DNA of 64,000 nucleotides from Candidatus Saccharimonadota bacterium (GCA_016176605.1 JACOWW010000005.1:127-64126); one strand, 5' to 3'; positions 1-13,519 are shown, numbered from the stretch's first letter. The notes: generated by a model not told the origin, from the sequence alone. Program-made: numbers and translations.

Positions 1-810
1 TTCTTCCTTGCCCTGATTGCCAGCGCCGGAACTTACGTTGCCGCCGCTTTTACGTTAATGGCGGCCGCCCAAGGCATCCAAATGAGAGTGCCGCTTTACC
101 TGACATCCATAGCGGAACTTGCCGGTTCGTTTGCTAACCGGTTTACCCCGTTCGGCATAGGCGGTTTTGCATTGACCAGTAGATATTTGCAGTGCTTCGG
201 CAGCAGCAAAGCACAATCCATTGCTTCGGTCGCTCTCCCAGTAGTTGCCGGTACAATAACTACCACCATTTTGATGGCAATTGTTGCCCCTAGCGCCGTA
301 GGCGACCTGCTTAAAGGGATAACTATAGATTCAAAAGCCAAGCTGGTTGTAGCACTCACTGGCAGCCTATTGGCGGTTGGCACATTGATATTTATGGTCT
401 TTAGCAGGAAAACCAGCCAGTTTATTCAATCGGCCTTAAATAGTGCCATCATTTCGGGGAGGCAATTGGCACAGTCCGGAAGGGTCATAAGACTGCTCTT
501 AGGGTCGATCCTGATAACATCTACCTACGTTTTAGCGCTGTTTGCTTCTGTTAAAGCTTTCAGTCTCGATCTAAGCATTATTCAAGCTTTCGTGGTTTAT
601 GTCGCCGGATCAACGATTGGGCAAGCTACTCCCACACCGGGCGGCCTTGGAGGTAAAGAAGTGGCCTACGCCGCTGGGCTAATAGCCTTTGGAATTACGG
701 CTAGCGGCGCAATAGCTGCGGTATTACTATTTAGGTTACTGACTTTTTGGCTGCCTATGATTCCCGGAGCGATAGCTTTTCGTTACCTAAAACATTCAGC
801 ATATTTTTAA
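1..810 (+). CDS. Lysylphosphatidylglycerol synthase TM/flippase-like (UPF0104) membrane protein, 5' end probably outside the window
   Basis: Multi-TM protein with PTPGGLG and 'LLFRLLTFWLP' motifs typical of LPG_synthase_TM; frame is open back to the window edge. Confidence 0.8.
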   Translation, partial: FFLALIASAGTYVAAAFTLMAAAQGIQMRVPLYLTSIAELAGSFANRFTPFGIGGFALTSRYLQCFGSSKAQSIASVALPVVAGTITTTILMAIVAPSAVGDLLKGITIDSKAKLVVALTGSLLAVGTLIFMVFSRKTSQFIQSALNSAIISGRQLAQSGRVIRLLLGSILITSTYVLALFASVKAFSLDLSIIQAFVVYVAGSTIGQATPTPGGLGGKEVAYAAGLIAFGITASGAIAAVLLFRLLTFWLPMIPGAIAFRYLKHSAYF

Positions 811-1029
811 GGTTATTTACAGAAAAATAAATACCAACACCGCCTCCTAGTAGTTTTATAGCCAGACGTTTCCTCTTAAAATAAAAGGCTATGACCGAAA
901 CAATTGGTATAGTTAAAAAACCCAATTGTTAACAAACCGAAAAACGCTTATTTCCCACTGTGCTATGTTATCGCTAAGAGCCATCAATGTAGCGGTAATT
1001 AGCAACGCCAGTGCCACATGTTTTAGGTC

Positions 1030-1104
1030 TGGTGGACCGAGAGGGATTTGAACCCTCGACCCCTGCAATGCGAATGCAGTGCTCTACCCCTGAGCTATCG
1101 GCCC
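1030..1104 (-). tRNA. tRNA-Ala(CGC)
   Basis: Reverse complement GGGCCGA..CTGCA-TT-CGC-AT-TGCAG..GTTCAAAT..TCGGTCC-ACCA; G3:U70 pair; CCA encoded. Confidence 0.95.
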
Positions 1105-1455
1105 GCAAACATCAACCTATTCTATATTATCCTACGAATAAGCTGTGCAAAATCCGTCTATCGACAATTAAGAACCACTATCCCAAGTTCTCTAGTTCTG
1201 CAGAACTAGAGAACATTTACGTGCAATTTGATCAACTCTAGTAATGCAAAAGGCCGCGCTTGCGAGAAGGCGGCCTTTTGTCACTTAACTTCGCGCAGCC
1301 CACCCGTGGGCCCCAGCCCTAAAATTTGCGAGAAATTTTAGGGCTGGGTAAGCCGGGCAATGTTTGTATATATGTTTATAATGTTTATTTCTCGGCTTTT
1401 TAAAACCCGGTGCGCGAAGCCTACCACCATTATCGCTTACGCTTATCTAAAGTCA

Positions 1456-1527
1456 ACCCAGCACTTAGATCCAAAACTATCCACTAGAGGTGGATACTTA
1501 CGTAGCACTTGGTCCTAAGTGCTGGGT
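1456..1527 (+). repeat. Structured ACCCAGCAC...GTGCTGGGT element, copy A
   Basis: Terminal inverted repeats plus two inner hairpins; homologous to reverse complement of 22113-22189. Confidence 0.75.
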
Positions 1528-1578
1528 CAACCCCATTCGCTTTAACAAAATTTGAACATATGTTCAAATTTTGCATGT

Positions 1579-5067
<3,489 letters not shown>

Positions 5068-5074
5068 ACTATTA

Positions 5075-5362
5075 TTATATCTGAGTCAGAAGTGTTTTGC
5101 CGCCTTTGAAACCGGTAGCACCGCAACCCTTACAAGCCGTTTGGGCAAGATAATTTCTGTACTTCATCACCTTATCGGTGCTGACGCCTTCCTCAAGCTC
5201 AAGCTGGGTTAACGACCAATCGGTCCATTGGTAATCCTCGCCGCCACAGGCATCGCAAAACTGGAGATCAAGCACGGTTTCTAAATTTACCCCTAGCAAG
5301 GCAGCAAAATTAATTTGACGAACCAATAATTCGGTATTTGGTTTGACCGTCAATTCGCTCAC
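5075..5362 (-). CDS. Hypothetical small protein with two CxxC motifs
   Basis: CDAC and CKGC; tightly packed in the operon. Confidence 0.55.
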   Translation of the reverse strand: MSELTVKPNTELLVRQINFAALLGVNLETVLDLQFCDACGGEDYQWTDWSLTQLELEEGVSTDKVMKYRNYLAQTACKGCGATGFKGGKTLLTQI

Positions 5363-5364
5363 GT

Positions 5365-6234
5365 TTATAACTTCATTTCGTGGAGAGCTTTAACCCGGGC
5401 TTCAACCGGCGGATGGGTGCTGAATAGGTTGGCGATGCCGCCGCCGTGCAGCGGATTGGCGAAAAACATGTGGGCGGTTGCGGTATTTGGTCTTTTGAGG
5501 GCGCTGCCGTATTTGCCGATTTTTTCCAGCGCTGACGCTAGGCCGTCCGGATATCTGGTGGTTAGTGCCCCAGTAGCATCGGCTAAGTATTCGCGGCGGC
5601 GGCTGATGGCCAGCTGTATCAGTGTCGCGGCTATTGGCGCTAAAATAACCGCCACGATCGCTAAGATGTATATTAGTTGGTTGCCTTCCCGCCGATTGTC
5701 GCCGCCCCAAAAAGTAATATGCCAAAAAAAATCGGCAATCATTGAAACTATCCCAACTAACGCAAAGGCTATGGTGTTAACGCGCATGTCCAGGTTCTTG
5801 ACGTGGCCAAGCTCGTGAGCCATAACGCCTTCTAATTCGCTATCATCCATCATTTTCAGCAAGCCGGTGGTGGCACAAACGGCTGAGTGGCTAGGGTCGC
5901 GGCCAGTGGCAAAAGCGTTGGGCGCCGGATCTTCCATGATGTAAACCTTAGGCATGGGCAGGCCTTCGGTAATTGCCAAATTCTCGACTGTGCGCCATAG
6001 CCTAGGATCATCTTTTTTGGTTATTTCTTTGGCCCGGTTGACGGCCAGCGCCATCTTGGCTCCGGCGAAATAACTAAATATAGCGTAGCTTAAAGAAAAC
6101 AGCCCAATAAAGAATAGCAATCCTGGATTATCATAGGCTTTGCTCATAATGTAGGCAAAGCCCCACAGCAGGCCTAAAAAGGCCAGCAGTAAAATTGCCG
6201 TGCGCCGTTTATTAGAACTTACTTGCTCATACAT
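5365..6234 (-). CDS. htpX: HtpX family M48 zinc metalloprotease
   Basis: PNAFATG, HELGH, SRRREYLAD, STHPP. Confidence 0.95.
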   Translation of the reverse strand: MYEQVSSNKRRTAILLLAFLGLLWGFAYIMSKAYDNPGLLFFIGLFSLSYAIFSYFAGAKMALAVNRAKEITKKDDPRLWRTVENLAITEGLPMPKVYIMEDPAPNAFATGRDPSHSAVCATTGLLKMMDDSELEGVMAHELGHVKNLDMRVNTIAFALVGIVSMIADFFWHITFWGGDNRREGNQLIYILAIVAVILAPIAATLIQLAISRRREYLADATGALTTRYPDGLASALEKIGKYGSALKRPNTATAHMFFANPLHGGGIANLFSTHPPVEARVKALHEMKL

Positions 6235-6272
6235 AAGTTAGCTCCTAGCCATTAGCCCATAGCTATAGCTGT

Positions 6273-6842
6273 TTAGGCTTTTGTGCCACCGAAGTCGACT
6301 TTGACCGGTTCGGTAACAGCGGCGGCTTCGGCCCCACCTACTTCGAAGAATTCGCGTAACTTAAAGCCCATCATGCTGGCAAAAAGGTTAGTCGGAAAAG
6401 TCTGGATCTTAGTATTAAGATCGCGCACGCCACCGTTATAAAAACGGCGGGCGGCCTGGATTTTGTCTTCGGTATCAGTCACTTCATCTTGCAGCTTCTG
6501 GAAGTTTTCAGTGGCTCGCAGCTGAGGATAAGCTTCGGCGACGGCAAACAGGCTTTTGAGTGCTTTTTGGAAATCGCCCTCGGCCTGGCTGACTTCGCCA
6601 ACGGTTTGGGCACCTAAGGTTTTGGCGCGAGCCTGGGTAACCTTTTCGAATACAGTGCTTTCGTGTTTGGCGTAACCTTTGACTGTTTCGACCAGGTTTG
6701 GGATCAGGTCGAAACGGCGTTTCATCTGGACCGTGATATCGCTCCAAGCTTCGTCGACACGTACTTTGGCCCTAACTAAGCTGTTATATATAAGCACAAT
6801 ACCCAGCAAAATTACGCCGATAATAATTAACGTGACAACCAT
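6273..6842 (-). CDS. lemA: LemA family protein
   Basis: YNSLV, RRFDLIPNLV, AEAYPQL, RRFYN; GGAGG RBS before ATG 6842. Confidence 0.95.
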   Translation of the reverse strand: MVVTLIIIGVILLGIVLIYNSLVRAKVRVDEAWSDITVQMKRRFDLIPNLVETVKGYAKHESTVFEKVTQARAKTLGAQTVGEVSQAEGDFQKALKSLFAVAEAYPQLRATENFQKLQDEVTDTEDKIQAARRFYNGGVRDLNTKIQTFPTNLFASMMGFKLREFFEVGGAEAAAVTEPVKVDFGGTKA

Positions 6843-7031
6843 TTTAACCTCCACATATTTCTAGATAAATTATACCCCGTAGTGAGCCTCCGCGACAATC
6901 CGTTTTTAGCCGAATATTTTGAAAAGTAAGTGAAGGTCAACTACGAAGTTATACACTGGCTGTGTGATAGGTTGAACCTATCACAAGGCAAAGAGATACT
7001 GAAGGAGCGATGCTGTATGATGTCAAAGGAG

Positions 7032-8207
7032 ATGAAATTCAAAAAAATAGCCTTAGTTGTAGCTGTACTTTTCCCGCTAGCATCCGTTTATCAATACAGC
7101 CGGCCGGTGCCGGCGGTCCAGCCGCAGACCAATTTCGCTCAGCCCAAAACCAGTTCAGCTGTGGCCTTGCCGTGGCCGACTTATGGTCAAGCGGCCATTG
7201 GCGCGGTTGACTATGGCGTTTTTGCCACTCATGGCGAGCAAAAACCGGTACCAATTGCTTCAATTACTAAGATAGTCACGGCACTGGCCGTGCTAAAGCA
7301 AAAACCGCTGAAGCTGGATGAAAAAGGACCGAACATCACGATCACTGATGAAGACGTCGCCATTTACGATGAATTTTATTCGCAGGGCGGTTCTGTGACG
7401 CCTATTACTAAAGGTTCGCAAATCAGTGAATATGACGGTCTGCAATCAATGCTGATACCTTCATCAAACAATATGGCTACCACCGTGGCAAAGTGGGCTT
7501 TTGGCTCGGTAGACAACTATGTTAAATATGCCAACCAAATGCTTGCCGATCTGGGTTTTGCGCAAACACATGTGGAAGAAGCCAGCGGATTTTCCGCCAG
7601 TTCCGCCAGCACGGCAACTGAACTCATAAAACTGGGTGAGTTAGCTCTTGCAAATGAAGTAGTCGCCGATATCGTCAAGAAAGCCAGCGCTAACCTGCCG
7701 GTAGCCGGCGAAGTCAGAAACATCAATACACTGGTTGGCACTGAAGGAGTAATTGGGATAAAAACCGGCAATACAGAGGCAGCCGGCGGCTGTTTATTGT
7801 TTGCTGCAAAGCATGATATCGACGGCAAAACAATAACGATCATTGGGGTAGTTTTAGGCGCGCCGACCCGGGCCACGGCGATTGCCGATTCCAAGACGCT
7901 GCTGCAATCAGTTGATAAAGCCTTCCAAGCTGTTACGGTTGTCAAAAAAGGCCAGGTAGTCGGCCATTACGAGGCGCCGTGGGGCGCTAAAGCTGAGGCC
8001 GTGGCGAAAGAAGATTTAACTTTGCTTGTTTGGCGCGGAACCGAGCTGAAAACAGATGTGAAACTGAATCAGATTGAAGCTTCTGCCAACACCAACTCTG
8101 ATATCGGGTCGGTTACAGCCACGGCCGGCCAAAAAACCTCAAACGTGCCCGTAATTCTTAAAGATAAACTATCCAGACCATCAGTAGGCTGGCGCATTTT
8201 TAGATAG
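7032..8207 (+). CDS. D-alanyl-D-alanine carboxypeptidase (S11, PBP5-like)
   Basis: SITK (SxxK), SSN (SxN), KTG motifs; start position uncertain (7017-7032). Confidence 0.9.
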   Translation: MKFKKIALVVAVLFPLASVYQYSRPVPAVQPQTNFAQPKTSSAVALPWPTYGQAAIGAVDYGVFATHGEQKPVPIASITKIVTALAVLKQKPLKLDEKGPNITITDEDVAIYDEFYSQGGSVTPITKGSQISEYDGLQSMLIPSSNNMATTVAKWAFGSVDNYVKYANQMLADLGFAQTHVEEASGFSASSASTATELIKLGELALANEVVADIVKKASANLPVAGEVRNINTLVGTEGVIGIKTGNTEAAGGCLLFAAKHDIDGKTITIIGVVLGAPTRATAIADSKTLLQSVDKAFQAVTVVKKGQVVGHYEAPWGAKAEAVAKEDLTLLVWRGTELKTDVKLNQIEASANTNSDIGSVTATAGQKTSNVPVILKDKLSRPSVGWRIFR

Positions 8208-8272
8208 TTGGCTTTAAAAATCATTCGCCCGAATATATCGGGCAACAAAGCGCGAAATGTTACAATTCATAT

Positions 8273-8527
8273 ATGATTGACCCAGGACTTGCGAAGAAAC
8301 AAGCTCGTGAATCCGCTTATCGTTTGGTCGCCATCTTAACTCCCTTTTTATTCATATTCTGGCTAATATTTAACTTCGCTATTGATGTTCCCGGTGGTGT
8401 GACCGATTCAGGAACTTCAAAAACATTTTTAAATAGTATGTTTGGCGTTTTAAGCGTTCTGGTTATACTAGCCGCTGGATTAGCAAGATACCGTCAGGTT
8501 CTTCGACGGAACATGAAGAACGATTAG
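8273..8527 (+). CDS. Small two-TM hypothetical protein
   Basis: Two hydrophobic helices; TACAAT just upstream. Confidence 0.55.
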   Translation: MIDPGLAKKQARESAYRLVAILTPFLFIFWLIFNFAIDVPGGVTDSGTSKTFLNSMFGVLSVLVILAAGLARYRQVLRRNMKND

Positions 8528-8567
8528 TTTCTACACCAAACCTTGTTGGGGTGGATTTGTGAATTTC

Positions 8568-8654
8568 TGGTGGGCGAAAGAGGACTTGAACCTCCACGAG
8601 CTTGCACTCACTAGCTCCTGAAGCTAGCGCGTCTACCAATTCCGCCATTCGCCC
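8568..8654 (-). tRNA. tRNA-Leu(CAG)
   Basis: Cloverleaf with CTAGC-TT-CAG-GA-GCTAG, long variable arm, CCA. Confidence 0.95.
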
Positions 8655-8723
8655 TTACCTCTGTTATTTTAGCACAGAAATTAGTGATAAATGATATCAT
8701 AGCTTTTAGTATCGGGAGGGGTT

Positions 8724-10355
8724 TTGAACAAATTAGCGTATTATTTGCAGGAACATTTGAACGGCGAAGTTACTTCGGCCATTGATGTACGCCGGCATTT
8801 TGCCCACGACGCCAGTATCATGCAGATTATGCCGGCCGTGGTTGTTTATCCCCGAGGCGAAAGCGATGTGCGTAAAGCTGTTCGTTTCGCCTGGCAGCTG
8901 GCCGAGCGTGGCAAAAAATTGCCCGTCACCGCGCGCGGTATGGGCAGCAGCACTTCCGGCGCGGCTATTGGCAGTGGCGCAGTATTAGTTTTTCCGGCCC
9001 ATATGAACGAACTGCTGGCCCTCAATACCAAAAAACGCTTTATCAGCATTGAGCCAGGCGCCAATTACGGGACAATTGAACAGACTCTGAATACTCATGG
9101 GTTATCACTGCCAGCTTACCCCCCGTCAAAAAATTACACCACGCTGGGCGGCGCCATAGCCAACAATGCCTTGGGTGAAAAATCCGTCAAATACGGCGCT
9201 ACCGGAAATTTTGTCCAAAGTTTGCGGGTTGTTTTATCAAACGGCGAAGTCATTGAAACGGGCCCGCTAAACAAAAAGGAGCTTAATCATAAGCTGGGTT
9301 TACAAAGCTTGGAAGGTGTAATATACCGCTCGCTGGATACAATGTTAGAGGAAAACGCCGATTTTATAACCCGTTGCCATAATTCCATCAAAACCCGCCA
9401 CAACGCGGCTGGCTACAACATACGCAATGTTAAAAAAAATGGCGAATTTGACATTACTCCACTGTTTGTCGGCTCCCAAGGTACCCTTGGCATAATTACC
9501 GAGGCCACTTTGGACGTGGTTAAGCATAGCCCAAAAACAACTATAGCCCTGATTAGCGTGGATGACCTTGGCGACCTATATGACCTACTATCAGAAATTT
9601 TGCGACTTAAACCGAGCATTTTGGATATGCTCAATCGAACGACCGTTGAGCAAGTAAAGGAACTTAACCCCAATCAGCTGGCGGGCAGTTTGTCGCGCGA
9701 AAAAGCAGCCATGCATCTTTTTGTACAGTTCGATGAGCCAAAAGACGGCGACCGCCAAAAAGCCGTTAAACAGCTAACCAAGATTGTTGGCAGTGCCGGC
9801 GCCTGGCTGGAAGTTTTCGAAACACCCGATAGTCAGGAGCGCGTCCGTAAAATTCGCGACAGCGTGGGCAGCATTTTGATTGAGCCCCGTGGCCAAGCCA
9901 GAGCCGTGCCGGTAGCCGAAGATGTTTCGGTCCCAGTTGACCGCCTAATCGAATTTCTGACAGAAGTAGACAGCGTTTATAACGAAGTGGGCTTAGCGCC
10001 GGCCGCGTGGGGACAGGCCGGCAGCGGCGTGGTACGTATGTGGCCGCCCCTTGATCTGGGCAAAACCGGCGACCGGCAGAAGTTGTTCAAAATCCAGAAC
10101 CATTTATACGCTGCGGCAGTGCGCTTAGGCGGCAGTATTAGCGCTGCGGCTGGCGACGGCCGCGTCCGGGCGCCTTATCTTGCTTTGCAGTACGGCGAAG
10201 AGCTGAGCAGCCTGATGCTGAAAGTCAAAAAAATCTTCGACCCGCACGGTATCTTAAATCCGGGAGTAAAAACGGCTTCGACGGAAGAAGTTAAGGCCCT
10301 CCTGCGTACCGAATACAGCTTGTCCAACTTTTACGACTATCTCCCCCGAAGTTAG
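8724..10355 (+). CDS. FAD-binding oxidoreductase (GlcD/D-lactate dehydrogenase-like)
   Basis: ARGMGSS, TLGGAIANNA, GSQGTLGIIT, KKIFDPHGILNPG; the usual C-terminal GEHG motif is degenerate. Confidence 0.85.
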   Translation: MNKLAYYLQEHLNGEVTSAIDVRRHFAHDASIMQIMPAVVVYPRGESDVRKAVRFAWQLAERGKKLPVTARGMGSSTSGAAIGSGAVLVFPAHMNELLALNTKKRFISIEPGANYGTIEQTLNTHGLSLPAYPPSKNYTTLGGAIANNALGEKSVKYGATGNFVQSLRVVLSNGEVIETGPLNKKELNHKLGLQSLEGVIYRSLDTMLEENADFITRCHNSIKTRHNAAGYNIRNVKKNGEFDITPLFVGSQGTLGIITEATLDVVKHSPKTTIALISVDDLGDLYDLLSEILRLKPSILDMLNRTTVEQVKELNPNQLAGSLSREKAAMHLFVQFDEPKDGDRQKAVKQLTKIVGSAGAWLEVFETPDSQERVRKIRDSVGSILIEPRGQARAVPVAEDVSVPVDRLIEFLTEVDSVYNEVGLAPAAWGQAGSGVVRMWPPLDLGKTGDRQKLFKIQNHLYAAAVRLGGSISAAAGDGRVRAPYLALQYGEELSSLMLKVKKIFDPHGILNPGVKTASTEEVKALLRTEYSLSNFYDYLPRS

Positions 10356-10384
10356 TCACCAGCCAAAATACTTAACTAGCTACG

Positions 10385-10452
10385 CCCCGTACCAAAACCT
10401 GAGTGGAGAAGTCTGCAATCAGATTACGAAACATCAAGTTATGGTGCTGGGG
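10385..10452 (-). repeat. ~70-bp TAATCTGATT-core structured repeat, copy 1
   Basis: Homologous to 16489-16561, 38183-38256 and 42083-42155, in the opposite orientation. Confidence 0.85.
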
Positions 10453-10466
10453 TCAAGTATTTTGGC

Positions 10467-10552
10467 TGGTGGGTGAGAGAGGATTTGAACCTCCAAGCCT
10501 TGCGGCACCAGAACCTCAATCTGGCGTGTTTACCTGATTTCACCACTCACCC
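10467..10552 (-). tRNA. tRNA-Leu(GAG)
   Basis: CCAGA-TT-GAG-GT-TCTGG, variable arm, CCA. Confidence 0.95.
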
Positions 10553-10611
10553 GAAATGTACTGCTAATCATGTAAATTATACCATTCAATCTGTTATAAT
10601 AATCATTTGTC

Positions 10612-10688
10612 GGGCGCTTAGCTCAGTTGGCTAGAGCACCGCATTTACACTGCGGGTGTCGGGGGTTCGAGTCCCTCAGCGCCCACCA
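10612..10688 (+). tRNA. tRNA-Val(TAC)
   Basis: CCGCA-TT-TAC-AC-TGCGG, GTTCGAGT, CCA. Confidence 0.95.
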
Positions 10689-10806
10689 CGGCGCTTTAGC
10701 TCCCGCGCTTCGCTCTCGCATACGCTTGAGCTTCGGCGGACAGGCAGTTGGTTACCAACTTCGCAAGCTTGCCCCTCGGAGCTCCGGCATAGCCGGAGCA
10801 TAGTGG

Positions 10807-10882
10807 GGCGCTTTAGCTCAGTTGGTAGAGCAGAGGCTTGAAGAGCCTTGTGTCCTCGGTTCGAGTCCGAGAGGCGCCACCA
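10807..10882 (+). tRNA. tRNA-Phe(GAA)
   Basis: GAGGC-TT-GAA-GA-GCCTT, GTTCGAGT, CCA. Confidence 0.95.
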
Positions 10883-11145
10883 TCCACCGTCGCTCGATCC
10901 TAGCGGTCGAGCTATGGCGGATCGATAGGTCGTTTCGAGGACGAGAACCGGTATAGTTCGGTGCACGCAGCCGCGCAGCAAAATCGTGTTTACATGATTT
11001 TACCGAGCAGCGAGGGAAAAGTGCGAAGCACGCTGTCCGAGAGGCGCCACCATCCTTCGCATAAAGCTACGGATGGCAAGCCACATAACATTGCCAACGC
11101 CAAACCTAGCGGCCTGCCTGCCGGGGTCAAAATCTTGACGATATA

Positions 11146-11493
11146 ATGAAGTCACTAATTAAGGAGGTGCTCATGCAATATGACATCCGCAGTGGAGTTA
11201 AACACCAACAAATCAAATTTAAAAAATTAATTATCGCTGCAGTCGCAGCCATCGGCATGCTGGCAGCGGCAACAGTTCCAGCTTTGGCAGATCGTCCGGG
11301 TTATGGGGAGCAGCCTGGATACTCGCAGGCTTCAGCTTGCGGCCAAGCTCACGGCTCATTCGCATACTTCGACGGCGATACTAATTTAGGTGTCAATAGC
11401 CTTGGCCCAGGTACTCCGACATACCATGTCGGTGCTGTCGGGCAGGAGCCGGGAGCAACGGGCTACAACAATTCCCATACCAACTGCCAGTAG
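11146..11493 (+). CDS. Small secreted Gly-rich hypothetical protein
   Basis: Signal peptide ending VPALA; AAGGAGG before ATG 11173 suggests the true start; hairpin terminator follows at about 11526-11554. Confidence 0.7.
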   Translation: MKSLIKEVLMQYDIRSGVKHQQIKFKKLIIAAVAAIGMLAAATVPALADRPGYGEQPGYSQASACGQAHGSFAYFDGDTNLGVNSLGPGTPTYHVGAVGQEPGATGYNNSHTNCQ

Positions 11494-11721
11494 TAAAATT
11501 AACAAAATAAATTTAGCCTAAAGAAATGCGCGGGCAAAAATGCCCGCGCATTTTGCTTTTACAGGGGTTTTTGCTACAATCTAGGCTATTGCCAGAGGCA
11601 AAGCATTTTGCATTTTACAGTTTGCATTTATCATTAATTTTTCATTGATCAATGATCATTGTTAATTCATTGAAAATTGTGAATTGATAATTGATAATTG
11701 CTTTTGCCAAAAGGCAAAAGC

Positions 11722-11798
11722 GCGGATTTAGCTCAGTTGTTTAGAGCGCTTCCTTGCCAAGGAAGAGGCCGCGGGTTAGAGTCCCGCAATCCGCACCA
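11722..11798 (+). tRNA. tRNA-Gly(GCC)
   Basis: CTTCC-TT-GCC-AA-GGAAG; T-loop TTAGAGT; discriminator A; CCA. Confidence 0.9.
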
Positions 11799-11838
11799 AG
11801 CATAAGCGTTGTAGTTAAATCTTTGATACCATTAATTT

Positions 11839-12318
11839 ATGAACAAAAAACAGAAAGGGTTCGGTGCAGTTGAAGGTTTATTAATAATTATCGTTCTGGC
11901 GATTATAGGGGTAGTTGGCTGGATTGTATACAACAACTATCATAAAGTACCAACTATCACTTCCAATCCAAAAACTAACTCATACGCAATCTTGCCGCCT
12001 GCCACAGTGCCTTCCAAAGCAAGGCTATGTAGCGACTCCACAGAGCAACAAGTTGCTACAGGCTTAAGCGTCAACTTAACTTGCAGCAGTGGCGATCTCA
12101 ATATTGTAGCTTGGGAACGAGCTGCCAAGGCAGAAGGCGGTAAGCCAGTTATGATGACCCTAGGTTATGACGCGACAGCCTCACAGGTTTGCAATGCCTA
12201 TGGGGCCAACTTCGTAACTGGGACATTGGCTAGTGAAGTTTACCAGCTGGCGGCTCAATACTATGGATGGCATTTTACAGAAGATCCAACAGTGGCAGCA
12301 TTGAATGGTAAGTGTTAA
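11839..12318 (+). CDS. Prepilin-like N-terminal domain protein
   Basis: KQKG/FGAVE class III-like signal followed by a hydrophobic helix; 4 Cys. Confidence 0.7.
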   Translation: MNKKQKGFGAVEGLLIIIVLAIIGVVGWIVYNNYHKVPTITSNPKTNSYAILPPATVPSKARLCSDSTEQQVATGLSVNLTCSSGDLNIVAWERAAKAEGGKPVMMTLGYDATASQVCNAYGANFVTGTLASEVYQLAAQYYGWHFTEDPTVAALNGKC

Positions 12319-12437
12319 AGCGAAACTCCCACCTTTCGCCCACTGTGCAAATACTCCTGATGCGGCACCTCAAGTATTTTCCTCCAACATACTCCACTAC
12401 GCTTATTGTTATTAACCAAAACAGCTTTTACAATTAG

Positions 12438-13235
12438 GTGGTGAAACAAACGCAGCGTGGATTTGCCATTTTTGAGTTGCTTATTGCTGTTTTTGTCATC
12501 GTTATTATAGCCGTTGCTGGTTTTTTCTTTGTTAAAAATAAACCGGCAAATAAAGATGATGGTAAAACAACTTCTATCTCTACCACAAGTTCTGAAACCA
12601 ACACAAAAACGGACAGCGCAAAGATTAAGCATTTGGGCGTAAATTTAGATTATTATGATCCCGCTACCAAAAAAGCGGGTGATTTTCTGTTCACCAATGC
12701 CGAAGTATTTGCTAATCAGATTTTTATGAACTACGGGTACTTAATACCTGCTTCGCCTGACTACCCTGCAAAGCGGAACCCACAACCGACTTTTTTCTTA
12801 CCTTTAGGAACGAAGGTGCATTCACTCGTAGATGGCAAGGTTTTTAGAGTGCCCAAACTATATAGTGATGATTACAGCGTGCAGGTGCAGACGGAGGGAA
12901 GCGAGCTTATATTTGAAGCCGAGCATGTTGTTAACGTCAAGGTCAAAGAAGGCGACACAGTCAAGGCGGGTGATATTATTGCCGAAGTAAGTCCCTTTGG
13001 CTCACAATCTGGAAGTGGCTTGGGATTATTTGAAATCGGTATCTTAAAGGGTGGTAACCCGCCGTCCCACATTTGTCCGTTTGATTATCTTGATGATTCA
13101 ATCAAAGATGATCTGCTGAAAAAAATTACCGCCTTCCAAAAATCATGGGAGGAATATAAGGGGAATAGTAATATTTATGATGAGTCGCAAGTCGTTATTC
13201 CCGGCTGTGTTAGTCGTGACCCAATTGAAGGCTAG
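12438..13235 (+). CDS. Prepilin-like N-terminus fused to a degenerate M23/LytM-fold domain
   Basis: QRG/FAIFE signal; 'GTKVHSLVDGKV' and 'HVVNVKVKEGDTVKAGDIIAEV' match the M23 pattern. Confidence 0.7.
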   Translation: MVKQTQRGFAIFELLIAVFVIVIIAVAGFFFVKNKPANKDDGKTTSISTTSSETNTKTDSAKIKHLGVNLDYYDPATKKAGDFLFTNAEVFANQIFMNYGYLIPASPDYPAKRNPQPTFFLPLGTKVHSLVDGKVFRVPKLYSDDYSVQVQTEGSELIFEAEHVVNVKVKEGDTVKAGDIIAEVSPFGSQSGSGLGLFEIGILKGGNPPSHICPFDYLDDSIKDDLLKKITAFQKSWEEYKGNSNIYDESQVVIPGCVSRDPIEG

Positions 13236-13239
13236 TGCT

Positions 13240-13282
13240 TCTTAATAAAAAATCCTCAAAACTTGAGGATTTTTTATTAAGA
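13240..13282. terminator. Bidirectional terminator-like inverted repeat
   Basis: TCTTAATAAAAAATCCTCAA / TTGAGGATTTTTTATTAAGA between convergent genes. Confidence 0.7.
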
Positions 13283-13308
13283 GTTTTGTGAGGTGGTTTT
13301 GGTTTTTT

Positions 13309-13443
13309 TTAACGGCTACGCAAGTCAGATACTTTGGCGTTGCCGCTAACTATCGCGATAGCAATCGCCAGAAGCAGTACGCCAACGCCAGCCATTAGCA
13401 CAAAAAGGCCCAGTGCGACAGGCGAGCTCCAATCCCAAGTCAT
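13309..13443 (-). CDS. 44-aa single-TM protein (not in the ORF track)
   Basis: MTWDWSSPVALGLFVLMAGVGVLLLAIAIAIVSGNAKVSDLRSR; GAGGGG RBS upstream. Confidence 0.6.
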   Translation of the reverse strand: MTWDWSSPVALGLFVLMAGVGVLLLAIAIAIVSGNAKVSDLRSR

Positions 13444-13519
13444 AGGTGATTCCCCTCTACCCACCGCTTACCTATTTGTGCCTTTACGATAACGCTTATT
13501 TATAAATTATGCAACTTTT

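Noticed and set aside
1011..1241. ORFs overlapping tRNA or tmRNA genes (also 8463-8648, 10656-10981, 14115-14351, 61219-61576)
   Set aside because: They are explained by RNA genes or repeats and show no protein-like features.
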